Shown here piece after piece: positions 36,278-45,241 of a stretch of 64,000 nt of DNA; the first letter of the stretch is position 1; every line of letters begins with the position of its first letter. The stretch is from positions 48,404 to 112,403 of the IMG/VR virus record IMGVR_UViG_3300037225_000856; one strand, 5' to 3'. The notes beneath the pieces are model-generated. The model worked only from the letters and a program-made list of their open reading frames with translations, did no database searches and was not told where the DNA came from. The DNA comes from a virus. The translations under genes were made by a program, and so were the position numbers.

Positions 36278-37189
36278 ATGATAACAAGACTATGTGCATT
36301 TGATTTTGATAGTACTCTTATAGATTCTCCCCAAAAAGAAAGTGGAAAAATTCAATGGTCAGAGAAAATGGGAAAGCCACATCCATATCAAGGCTGGTGG
36401 GGTAGACCAGAAAGTCTTGATTTAAATGTTTTTAATATTAAACCATTTCCTAAAATATTGAATCTTTTAAATAAAGATGTTTCAACACCAGCTACATATA
36501 CAATTATATTGACTTCAAGACAGGAAAAATTACGTCCTTTAGTTCAGGAAGTATTGGATGTTAATAATATTCATATTGATAAACTCGATATGCAATGTGA
36601 TCAAAGAACTAAAGGTCAAAAAATTCTTGATTATACAAAGAAATTTCCAGACCTGAGAGAAATTAATGTTTACGATGACAAAGATAGTGATATTATATCA
36701 TACGAAGGAATAAGAAATTCATTACCTGAAGATATAAAATTTAATATTTATCTTGCTAATCAAGGTAGTTTAACTTTAGTTGAAGCAGAAAGTAAACTTA
36801 TATCAATTATTAAAGAAGAAGTTCAAAATTTTGTTCCTGATAATAACTATGTATATCATGGTACATATGATGGTGCTGGTTACTACATACAGCGTACAGG
36901 TAGTATGAAGATTAATGCAGCAAATAATAATGAACCTTTTATTTCATTTACCAGCAAACCAAATGTTGCAAAATATTATGCAGATATGAAAGGCGGGTCA
37001 GCCAGAGGTATTGTACTTAGAACAAAAAAGACTGCAGACTTTACACCATCACTTAAATATAAAAAAAATGAAGGATATGAATGGGTAACAACCAGAGAAA
37101 TACCAGTAGATGAATTAGAAATTAACACAAAATACGGTTGGATTCCATTGAATAATTGGGATTTTATCGATAAAGAAATAAAAAAATAA
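36278..37189 (+). CDS. HAD phosphatase (RNA-repair 'Swiss-army-knife' type) fused to an ART-like domain
   Basis: FDFDSTL, WWGRPESL, LTSR, TKG, YDD; then IIKEE linker and VYHGT...ISFTS...AKYYA...EW. Confidence 0.75.
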   Translation: MITRLCAFDFDSTLIDSPQKESGKIQWSEKMGKPHPYQGWWGRPESLDLNVFNIKPFPKILNLLNKDVSTPATYTIILTSRQEKLRPLVQEVLDVNNIHIDKLDMQCDQRTKGQKILDYTKKFPDLREINVYDDKDSDIISYEGIRNSLPEDIKFNIYLANQGSLTLVEAESKLISIIKEEVQNFVPDNNYVYHGTYDGAGYYIQRTGSMKINAANNNEPFISFTSKPNVAKYYADMKGGSARGIVLRTKKTADFTPSLKYKKNEGYEWVTTREIPVDELEINTKYGWIPLNNWDFIDKEIKK

Positions 37190-37196
37190 GATTACT

Positions 37197-37205
37197 GTAT
37201 TTATA
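37197..37205 (+). promoter_or_regulatory. Putative late promoter GTATTTATA
   Basis: 14 nt before ATG 37220. Confidence 0.65.
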
Positions 37206-37219
37206 GTAAAATTATTCTA

Positions 37220-38041
37220 ATGATTGATATGCGTTATAAGCCAAGATTTCTTCCACAAATGAGTGCACCATTTGAAATTGTGTTAAAACAACTCGATGAA
37301 GAAGGTGTGGATTATGAACTAATCGAAGCAGACCCAAATGATTTGGAGGCATCACAAGGAGTTACATTTTCTGATGAAGTTGAAAAATGTGAACTCAATG
37401 ATAATAATCCTATTTGGATAGCTGGTGAAAATAAAGTTTGTGACGGTCATCACAGAATGGTAAAAGCCTTACTTGATGGTGTATCGATTAAAGCAGTAAA
37501 ACTTGGTTTAAACGAAAAAGATGCTTGCAGAGTTTTAAATAAAATAGAGGATATTTATGAATATCAGCAAAAACGTGGATTAGAAGAAGTTGAAATGCAA
37601 GATACAATTAATTATTATGGTGGTGATGAAAATCAATTTTTAAATACTCTGGAAGAAGATAATTTTAATATTGAAACTCCATCAGGAGAAACAAAAACAA
37701 ATCAAAAGACAATTACTGCATATCGAAAAGAACCTATAAAAGAAAATTCGGCTGTAGGAAATTTCTTTTCATTAAAACCTATTGAGGGATTTAGTAAATA
37801 TGAAATTGATTTTGACAATCTTTTGGACTTACATTCTTTGGGTGTCACATATAAAGACGGACAAGAACCTGCCGATATTCTGGCAAAAATTTGGTTTCCA
37901 CACATAAATTTTGAAAAATTAAGTGAACAATATGGCATGCCTTCAGTTAATCTTAAGAATAAAGCAATTACAGAAAAAGCAATGAGTTTAGGCTATGATG
38001 GCATTAAACTTGATGATAAATTAATACAAGGATTAAAATAA
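37220..38041 (+). CDS. ParB/Srx-like domain protein with degenerate ART-PolyVal-like C-terminus
   Basis: L.ASQ...PIWI...VCDGHHR; C-terminal AYR...FFS...LGYDGI. Confidence 0.6.
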   Translation: MIDMRYKPRFLPQMSAPFEIVLKQLDEEGVDYELIEADPNDLEASQGVTFSDEVEKCELNDNNPIWIAGENKVCDGHHRMVKALLDGVSIKAVKLGLNEKDACRVLNKIEDIYEYQQKRGLEEVEMQDTINYYGGDENQFLNTLEEDNFNIETPSGETKTNQKTITAYRKEPIKENSAVGNFFSLKPIEGFSKYEIDFDNLLDLHSLGVTYKDGQEPADILAKIWFPHINFEKLSEQYGMPSVNLKNKAITEKAMSLGYDGIKLDDKLIQGLK

Positions 38042-38050
38042 AATAAAGCT

Positions 38051-38395
38051 ATGAATACATACAGAATTACAAACCTAACAAATACCGCAGGAAAGCGTGA
38101 TTTTAAATTCAATTCTTCATTAGATATTGAATACGTTGATAATATGATCAAGAAAACGGTTAGCGTAAAACCCGGGGCAAGTCTCTATTTGACAGTACCT
38201 TCTTTACCCATGTCAGTACATAAATTAAGAGCAAAAAACTTAATTAGTGTTGTTGAGGTAAGTGCAAAAGAATTGGCAGATTCTATAAATAATGCTAAAC
38301 CAAAACCAGCACCTGTGGCAGTAAAAGAAGTTGTAACTGAAGAGGTTACCAGTGAAGAAACTGCAAAAAAATCAAATAAAAGGAAAAAAGAATAA
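38051..38395 (+). CDS. Hypothetical protein
   Basis: ORF in the operon, followed by a terminator. Confidence 0.6.
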   Translation: MNTYRITNLTNTAGKRDFKFNSSLDIEYVDNMIKKTVSVKPGASLYLTVPSLPMSVHKLRAKNLISVVEVSAKELADSINNAKPKPAPVAVKEVVTEEVTSEETAKKSNKRKKE

Positions 38396-38431
38396 CAAAT
38401 AGTTTCTCTGATTATTTAATTAAAATTTAAT

Positions 38432-38461
38432 AATGCCAGCATTTTGTTGGCATTTATTTTT
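38432..38461 (+). terminator. Rho-independent terminator
   Basis: AATGCCAGCA-TTT-TGTTGGCATT followed by T-rich tract. Confidence 0.7.
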
Positions 38462-38547
38462 AAAATCTCTTTCATCTTTGATGATTTTCAGTTATTTTTA
38501 CGTATTTATAATAAATTACATTATTTTATAATAATTTATAAACAAGT

Positions 38548-39930
38548 ATGGACGGAAAAATTAGAATATTATTTTATAATTTGGATTCGGCTGGCGTTTG
38601 CTATTTTCGCACTCTTACACCAGCACAAGAACTTCAGAGAAATCACTCAGACGAATTTTTCGTTGAAATTAATCCACAAATAGATTTTAATGACCCTAAG
38701 TATATTGATTACTTAAAAACATTTCATATAATACATTATCATCGTCAATTCTTAGGCGATACAAAAGAAATGTTAAAGTTGGCAACTGAGCTAAGAAAAT
38801 CTGGTACAATATTAATGGTTGATATTGATGACTATTGGCAATTACATAAAAAGCATCCATTCTATTCTTTGAATCTTGAAAAGAAAATGCATATTCCAAT
38901 ATTGGAAAATTTAAAGATTGCTGATTATGTTACAACCACAACAGATTTATTTGCAAGCGAAGTTCGTAAAATAACTGGCAGGGATAATGTTGGTGTATTT
39001 TACAATTCAATTGACCCTACATGGATGAAACAATTTCAGAATAATAGAAAACCAGACCCAGATGGTTTTGTAAGAATTATGTACGCTGCAGGAAGTTCCC
39101 ATCTAGGTGATGTTGAACAACTTGAAGGCGTATTTAATGTGTTATATAATGACCCACAATTAAAAGATAAATTTAAAGTTATTCTTGCTGGTTGGGATAC
39201 TGAAGGCAATACTACTGATATTACTTTTAATCAGGATTTTGGTGACATATTACAGAAAAAAGGTTTATGGACACATGAAGTTGTTAAAGCAATTAATAAA
39301 TCAAGGGGTGACGTGGATAAAATACCTAAATTACCTGTAGACTTAAAAGAAAAATACAGGGGCAAAATTTTCAATCAACAACAAAGAGATATTAAATCAA
39401 CTGAAAGTGTTTATTTAATATATGAGAACATATTAACTGATAATCATAAAAACATTGAAAACCCTGATTATTTACAATGGCTTTCAAATTTTGAAAGAAA
39501 CGTTAAATATGAAAATGAAGGTAATTATGCCAGACGTTGGACTGAAAAAGCAAATACGTATGCCAAAGTATTGGATGAAGCAGATATAGTAATTGCACCG
39601 CTTGCAGATAATTCATTTAATTGGATGAAATCAGAACTTAAGCAAACGGAATGCTGGACAAGAAAACTTCCGATAGTATGTTCAGATATACCCCCTTATA
39701 ATATACATGGTAGACACATGGAAAACTGTGTTCTTATACCTGCAGAAAAGAATGCAAGAAAATACTGGCAGAAGTATTTAAAACGACTTATCATGGATGA
39801 ATCATTAAGAAAACAACTTGGCGAACAACTATATGAGGACTTTAAAGATGAATATAATTTGGCAACGGTTACAAAAAAACGTGCTGATTTTTATAAAGCA
39901 GCAGTTGCAAAAACATTAGCAGTAGTTTAA
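38548..39930 (+). CDS. Glycosyltransferase (GT-B fold)
   Basis: GVCYFRTLTP, VDIDDYW, ADYVTTTT, AAGSSHLGD, DIVIAPL..NSFN..KSELK..E, VCSDIPPY; GTATTTATA at 38502. Confidence 0.85.
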   Translation: MDGKIRILFYNLDSAGVCYFRTLTPAQELQRNHSDEFFVEINPQIDFNDPKYIDYLKTFHIIHYHRQFLGDTKEMLKLATELRKSGTILMVDIDDYWQLHKKHPFYSLNLEKKMHIPILENLKIADYVTTTTDLFASEVRKITGRDNVGVFYNSIDPTWMKQFQNNRKPDPDGFVRIMYAAGSSHLGDVEQLEGVFNVLYNDPQLKDKFKVILAGWDTEGNTTDITFNQDFGDILQKKGLWTHEVVKAINKSRGDVDKIPKLPVDLKEKYRGKIFNQQQRDIKSTESVYLIYENILTDNHKNIENPDYLQWLSNFERNVKYENEGNYARRWTEKANTYAKVLDEADIVIAPLADNSFNWMKSELKQTECWTRKLPIVCSDIPPYNIHGRHMENCVLIPAEKNARKYWQKYLKRLIMDESLRKQLGEQLYEDFKDEYNLATVTKKRADFYKAAVAKTLAVV

Positions 39931-39941
39931 ATTTTAAAAAC

Positions 39942-40388
39942 ATGAAAACAAAATTAGTAAAATCAAAAGCGATTAAAAAACTTGAAAAGAAACAAGCAAA
40001 AAAAGAGAAAAAAATACACTCTAAAGTAAAAAAGGTATTTGGCACAAGAATTGGAAAAACACCAAAAAGTAGTCTATACTTTAATGAGAATGATAATAAG
40101 AAAGACAAAAGAAAAAATAACGAACTTGTTGATGCAATTACCAAATCAGTTATTCTTAATAAAAGAATGTTGGGTAGAGATAATTATCAACTAAAGAGAA
40201 GGCAGGAATCATATTTTCAAGAATTATATTCTGAGTTTAGAAAATTGGTGGAAAAATATAATAATGGACTTCAGGTTAAAGCAGAAAAATTAACAGATAA
40301 AATTTCTGATCTAAAAATTGAAAAGAGTAATCTTCAATATGACGTGAAAGAACTTGAAGAAAGAAAGAAAGTATTAATGCATGATTAA
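39942..40388 (+). CDS. Lys-rich coiled-coil hypothetical protein
   Basis: ORF in the operon. Confidence 0.55.
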   Translation: MKTKLVKSKAIKKLEKKQAKKEKKIHSKVKKVFGTRIGKTPKSSLYFNENDNKKDKRKNNELVDAITKSVILNKRMLGRDNYQLKRRQESYFQELYSEFRKLVEKYNNGLQVKAEKLTDKISDLKIEKSNLQYDVKELEERKKVLMHD

Positions 40389-41289
40389 TTTTTTTAAAAA
40401 TATAATTATTTGGTGTTATATTAAAGTTCATATAATGTTGATTAATATTGGCATTATGCTCTATAGAGCAGAAGTGGATGCACAAGCAGACCCAAATAAT
40501 TTAACTGAAAGGGACAAAAAAAATCAGAGAATGATGTATCGAAATCCATTCATTGAAATGTTGGTAAGTGGTGTACGACAAGAAAAGCTAATTAATGATT
40601 ACTACGAGGTCCTGAGGAAGGCAGATAAGTTCATTCGTACAGCAACTCCATATCAAATGGCACTTGCAGCAGACAAACATGGTAGTTCATATGCTCAAAA
40701 AGACCCAAATGGTAAAAGATACGAACATTTTGGTTTTTATGACGAGAAGCACAGGCATGCTGGTAAAACAATTGGTGAAGTTTTAATTGCGGAGTATGAA
40801 GAAAGAAGACTCAAAGATGATGACTATGAATTACTTGGTATTTACAATAACGAACCTGTTGAAGTAGGATTAGCAAAAGTTATGAATGTAATTAAAAAAA
40901 TTGATGAAAATGATTTGGATTCTCAATATGAAGTAAAAGACATGACTGAAAAATCCAAGACTTTTGAATTTCCAATCAAAGTTATTCGTGAAAATGAAAA
41001 TGCTATAAATAAAATTGAACAGCTTACTGAATTCTTACATATTAAAAAAATTGGTTTTGATTATCGTCAGTTAGAATTTTTAATACCGTTGAAATTCAGA
41101 ACAAATGACTGTGCAGACGACAGTGATATCTTTAAAGAACTGATCAACATTAAAGAAGTTTTTCTCCGTAATGATTATGGTGAACTAACTGGTTATGGAA
41201 TTATTAAATTTATAAAAAGAATACAACTAAATGATACTCATGATGTATTGAAATTTGAAGCAATTGAAATGCAAAACATGAGAACTTAA
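40381..41289 (+). CDS. Hypothetical protein
   Basis: 302-aa ORF, hydrophobic N-terminus. Confidence 0.6.
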   Translation: MINFFKNIIIWCYIKVHIMLINIGIMLYRAEVDAQADPNNLTERDKKNQRMMYRNPFIEMLVSGVRQEKLINDYYEVLRKADKFIRTATPYQMALAADKHGSSYAQKDPNGKRYEHFGFYDEKHRHAGKTIGEVLIAEYEERRLKDDDYELLGIYNNEPVEVGLAKVMNVIKKIDENDLDSQYEVKDMTEKSKTFEFPIKVIRENENAINKIEQLTEFLHIKKIGFDYRQLEFLIPLKFRTNDCADDSDIFKELINIKEVFLRNDYGELTGYGIIKFIKRIQLNDTHDVLKFEAIEMQNMRT

Positions 41290-41301
41290 TACTTAAAGAC
41301 T

Positions 41302-41754
41302 ATGAATCCATTTTTAGAAAATTTGAAAAAGTCTGTAGAAACTGGAGAGTTTAATTCAGAAGCAGCAAAAAAAATAATCGAAATCGATAAAAATGCAGAT
41401 AATGCAAAAGGATTAATTTTAACAGAAGAAGAAAAAAATGAATTAGCCAAGAAACGTTTAGGTACTGTTTTGGAAGGTGCTGTTGTTACTGAAGAAGAAG
41501 TTTTAAAACTTAATTCAGAATACGATAAAAAAATGGCAGAGGTTAAAAAGCAGGATGCTGTTAATAAACAATTAGCAACATTAATTGAAATTGAAGACAT
41601 GGTAAAACTAAGTGTTGATGATATGGTATCCTTTATCAAAGAACTTGAAGATAAATTTAAAAAAGAATTTGATGAAAATGACCCAATTTTTGAAAAATTG
41701 AAAACAAAAATAATAGAAACAAAACTTAAATATATATCTTTTATTAATTATTAA
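41302..41754 (+). CDS. Coiled-coil hypothetical protein
   Basis: ORF in the operon. Confidence 0.6.
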   Translation: MNPFLENLKKSVETGEFNSEAAKKIIEIDKNADNAKGLILTEEEKNELAKKRLGTVLEGAVVTEEEVLKLNSEYDKKMAEVKKQDAVNKQLATLIEIEDMVKLSVDDMVSFIKELEDKFKKEFDENDPIFEKLKTKIIETKLKYISFINY

Positions 41755-41769
41755 TTAAAAACAATTATT

Positions 41770-42243
41770 ATGGCAAAATTTGTAGAAGCATCTGAGGATG
41801 TAGTAAAACTTTTTGATGAAGTTAGAGAAAACACAACAATCCCACAGTGGGTTGAATTCAAGGTTCTTTGTAATAATAAACAAAAAAATGACCCTTGTAA
41901 ACTTGTCAAATCAAATGATCTTGTAGAAACACTCACTGAAGGATTAAACTTTGCAGTGGTAGTTAATGAAGAAATTTTTAACGGTTTACCTGATGACATG
42001 AAAAAGATGGCATTTGATGAATGTCTTGCTGGTGTTGGCGTTAGTGAAACTGATGCACTTTCGCTTGAAAAACCAAATTTTAATACGCATACAGGTGTAT
42101 TACAAAAGTACGGACATGACCCAATTATTGTTCTTCACGAATCGATCAAAAGTCTTTATGATACTAAAAAACAAAAAGAAGACGAAGAAAAAGCAGCAAA
42201 AAAAGAAAAGAAAAGTAAGAAGGGTTTTAAAAAAGCATTTTAA
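41770..42243 (+). CDS. Hypothetical protein, possibly phage metallopeptidase-like (degenerate)
   Basis: VVVNEEIF...AFDECL...VLQKYG resembles the family but lacks the HE motif. Confidence 0.4.
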   Translation: MAKFVEASEDVVKLFDEVRENTTIPQWVEFKVLCNNKQKNDPCKLVKSNDLVETLTEGLNFAVVVNEEIFNGLPDDMKKMAFDECLAGVGVSETDALSLEKPNFNTHTGVLQKYGHDPIIVLHESIKSLYDTKKQKEDEEKAAKKEKKSKKGFKKAF

Positions 42244-42268
42244 TTAAAAATCAGACTTAAATTTTACG

Positions 42269-42298
42269 AATCCCGATAATCAAATGTCGGGATTTTTT
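42269..42298 (+). terminator. Rho-independent terminator
   Basis: AATCCCGATA-loop-TGTCGGGATT followed by TTTT. Confidence 0.8.
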
Positions 42299-42306
42299 AT
42301 TTATTA

Positions 42307-42315
42307 GTATTTATA
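42307..42315 (+). promoter_or_regulatory. Putative late promoter GTATTTATA
   Basis: Heads the baseplate operon. Confidence 0.7.
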
Positions 42316-42330
42316 GAAAAATCTTTTATA

Positions 42331-42729
42331 ATGGCTTCATATAATATTACCTTTCCATTAAATGATGATGTCAGCACAAATACTTATTTTTTAATGAGTA
42401 AAGTGACCAAAGACGCATTCAGTTCTGACTTGTTATTACTCTTGCTTACGAATAAAGGTGAAAGATATTATGAACCAATGTTTGGAACAAACATGTTGAA
42501 ATACATATTCGAACCGAATGATAATTTAAATGCAAATGATATTGAACAAGAAATTAAAACAACAGTATCGACATATATTCCAGCACTTACAATTAATAGT
42601 GTAACATTTAATTGGCTTACAGATGATGAAGGAAATCCAATATCAGAAAATCAGATAAATGTTAATATTAAATTTACATTTAGCGAAGATGCTTTTAGTG
42701 AAAAAGGTGAATTAGATTTAAACTTTTAA
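42331..42729 (+). CDS. Baseplate wedge protein, gp25/GPW-like
   Basis: LLLTNKGERYYEPMFGTNMLKYIFEP. Confidence 0.85.
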   Translation: MASYNITFPLNDDVSTNTYFLMSKVTKDAFSSDLLLLLLTNKGERYYEPMFGTNMLKYIFEPNDNLNANDIEQEIKTTVSTYIPALTINSVTFNWLTDDEGNPISENQINVNIKFTFSEDAFSEKGELDLNF

Positions 42730-42739
42730 AATATAAAAT

Positions 42740-44590
42740 ATGGCAAACGACACAACAACAAATATAATCCAATATGGTTCACGCACATTTGGTGACATAC
42801 GTACTGACTTAATCTCATATATCAGACAAGCATACCCTGAAGTTTTATCTGACTTTACTGATAGTTCAGTTGGTGCAATGACGATAGACCTCAATGCTGG
42901 TGTTACTAATAACTTAAGTATAAATTTAGATCGTAGTTTTCAGGAAACGCAATTAGAATATGCACAACAAAGAGCATCAATATTAAATGCTGCGAAAAAT
43001 ATGGGATTTAATATCCCAGCAAGAAGACCTTCAGTAACAGTAATTGATTTTACAGTAACAGTTCCTGTTCTTGGCGACAAACCAGACGCTTCATATTATC
43101 CTCAATTACAGGCAGGCGCACAAATACTTGGTGGTGGAAAAATATTTGAAACACAAACAATTATTGATTGGAGTTCACCAATAAGTAATTTAGGTGACCC
43201 TAATCGTTCTATTATTCCAAACACAGATTCAAATGGCATTATTATTAATTACAGTATAACAAAAAGAGAAGTGGTTATTAATGGTTCTACAAGCATTTTT
43301 AAAAGAGCAATTAGTGCAACAGATATTATACCATTTTTTTCAATAATATTGCCAGACCCAGACGTACTCGAAATAGATAATATTATTCTATTGGAAGGTA
43401 CTAATTATTCAAGTAATCCGACTGCTGCAGATTTTGCAACAGCAGCAAACAAATATTATGAAGTAGATTGGCTTGCACAACAAAGAGTATTCATTCAAGA
43501 TACAAGTAGTTCACAACCAAATACAAACACAAATGGACTTAAATCAGCAACATGGATTGATGTAACTAAAAAATTTATAAAAGAATTCACAACCAATGGT
43601 TATTGTAAAGTGATATTTGGTTCAGGTGATGCAGATGTTAATGCATTTAAATCAGGTTTTCTCAAAATGGGTGTAAGCAATCAGTATTTTCTTGAAAACT
43701 TTTTAAATAATACAGCATTGGGTGAAAAATTATTAGCAAATTATACATTATTTATTCAATATAGAACTGGTGGCGGTAGTAACTCAAACGTGGGAGCAGG
43801 TACTTTAACGCAACTTGGTAATTATAATTTAACAGTTATAGGTGGTTCTCGTCAGGATTATATTCAAACAGTACAAAGAAGTTTAAGTGTAAATAATCCA
43901 ATTCCAGCAATTGGCGGTAATGACGGATTAAGTATTGAACAAATAAGACAATTAATTAAATATAATTTTAGTAGCCAAAATAGAGATGTAAATTTAACAG
44001 ATTATTTATTGCAGCTTTATAAGATGCCGGGGCAGTTTGGTTCACCTTTTCGTGCTAATTCAATGAAATTAAATAACAAAGTTGTTATTTCAACATTAGG
44101 TATTGGGTCAGATGGTAAATTAGACAATACAAGTACCACATTAATGAATGAAAATATTGCAGAATATCTTAGTCAATTCAGAATGCTTAATGATTATGTT
44201 GAAGTAACTAATGGTAAGATATTTAATTTAGCTTTTGATGTTGATGTATATGTTGAAAATGTTGCTGATAATCAGGTTGCAAATAGTATTATTACACTTG
44301 TTAGAAACTATCTGAATATTAATAATTATGAAATGAATCAGGATTTGTTTTTAGGTCTGCTTCAACGTGAAATACTCTCAGCCAATGGAGTTATTAACGT
44401 TATTGACATTAAAGTATATAACAGAGTGGGTGGTTCATATTCGAATAATGTTATTTCACAAGACGTAAATCCAAGTACTGGTGAGATAACAATCATTAAC
44501 AATACCATTCATTCAACCGAAGATAGTATGTTTGAAATTCGCTTCCCGGAGAAAGACATTACAGTTTTCTTACGTAAATCAACAGGTTAA
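42740..44590 (+). CDS. Baseplate wedge protein, T4 gp6/baseplate-J-like
   Basis: TFGDIRTDL...SDFTDSS..., AQQRASI...MGF, FGSG, YRTGGG..SNV, GGNDG.SIEQIR...QNR.V...DY. Confidence 0.85.
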   Translation: MANDTTTNIIQYGSRTFGDIRTDLISYIRQAYPEVLSDFTDSSVGAMTIDLNAGVTNNLSINLDRSFQETQLEYAQQRASILNAAKNMGFNIPARRPSVTVIDFTVTVPVLGDKPDASYYPQLQAGAQILGGGKIFETQTIIDWSSPISNLGDPNRSIIPNTDSNGIIINYSITKREVVINGSTSIFKRAISATDIIPFFSIILPDPDVLEIDNIILLEGTNYSSNPTAADFATAANKYYEVDWLAQQRVFIQDTSSSQPNTNTNGLKSATWIDVTKKFIKEFTTNGYCKVIFGSGDADVNAFKSGFLKMGVSNQYFLENFLNNTALGEKLLANYTLFIQYRTGGGSNSNVGAGTLTQLGNYNLTVIGGSRQDYIQTVQRSLSVNNPIPAIGGNDGLSIEQIRQLIKYNFSSQNRDVNLTDYLLQLYKMPGQFGSPFRANSMKLNNKVVISTLGIGSDGKLDNTSTTLMNENIAEYLSQFRMLNDYVEVTNGKIFNLAFDVDVYVENVADNQVANSIITLVRNYLNINNYEMNQDLFLGLLQREILSANGVINVIDIKVYNRVGGSYSNNVISQDVNPSTGEITIINNTIHSTEDSMFEIRFPEKDITVFLRKSTG

Positions 44591-45240
44591 TGGAATTAAT
44601 AAAGAAAACCATATATAGAATAATGACAACTGGCACAACAACTGGTTGTACAGGCACGTGTCGTGTAATTATTCCAGATACTGGTGTTACATATAATTTT
44701 AAGATATTATTAAACCAAGAAGTAAAAGATGCAGGTTTTTTTGATGCATATATGCTTAGTGGTGTTACTGGCACAACAGGTATAACCAATACTTTATATA
44801 CGGTTACTGGTGAATGCACAAGCAGATTATTAGAACTGCAAAAATATACAGTAAGCAGTGCTTTTACAGCTCAATATTTTAGTGGTGGTAGTTATACTGT
44901 TGATGGTGTAGATTATCCGAATTCACATTCGGGTGTAAATATCACTTATTACCTTGGTAGAATTAAATATATTGATCTTTTTACTGGCACTACTTCAGGT
45001 TCAACATTCAGTTTCTCAACTCAGGGTTATCTTAATCCTAACTTTATCAACAAACCAATATATCAAGACCCAAATAAGGAAAATATTATTAGTAACCCAA
45101 AAATCAGTAATGATGTATTTATGATAAGACAAGAATTACCAGCATTTGATGGAAATTATAGATTAGAATATATAAGAAAATTGGTTGATTTGGAAACATA
45201 TGCAGCAGGTAAATTTTTTAATGTAATTAATAACACATAA
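44590..45240 (+). CDS. Virion structural protein (baseplate region)
   Basis: G/T-rich, coupled to the gp6-like gene. Confidence 0.5.
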   Translation: MELIKKTIYRIMTTGTTTGCTGTCRVIIPDTGVTYNFKILLNQEVKDAGFFDAYMLSGVTGTTGITNTLYTVTGECTSRLLELQKYTVSSAFTAQYFSGGSYTVDGVDYPNSHSGVNITYYLGRIKYIDLFTGTTSGSTFSFSTQGYLNPNFINKPIYQDPNKENIISNPKISNDVFMIRQELPAFDGNYRLEYIRKLVDLETYAAGKFFNVINNT

Positions 45241-45241
45241 A

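Noticed and set aside
38444-38683. 79-aa + strand ORF
   Set aside because: It spans a terminator and promoter and overlaps the glycosyltransferase out of frame.
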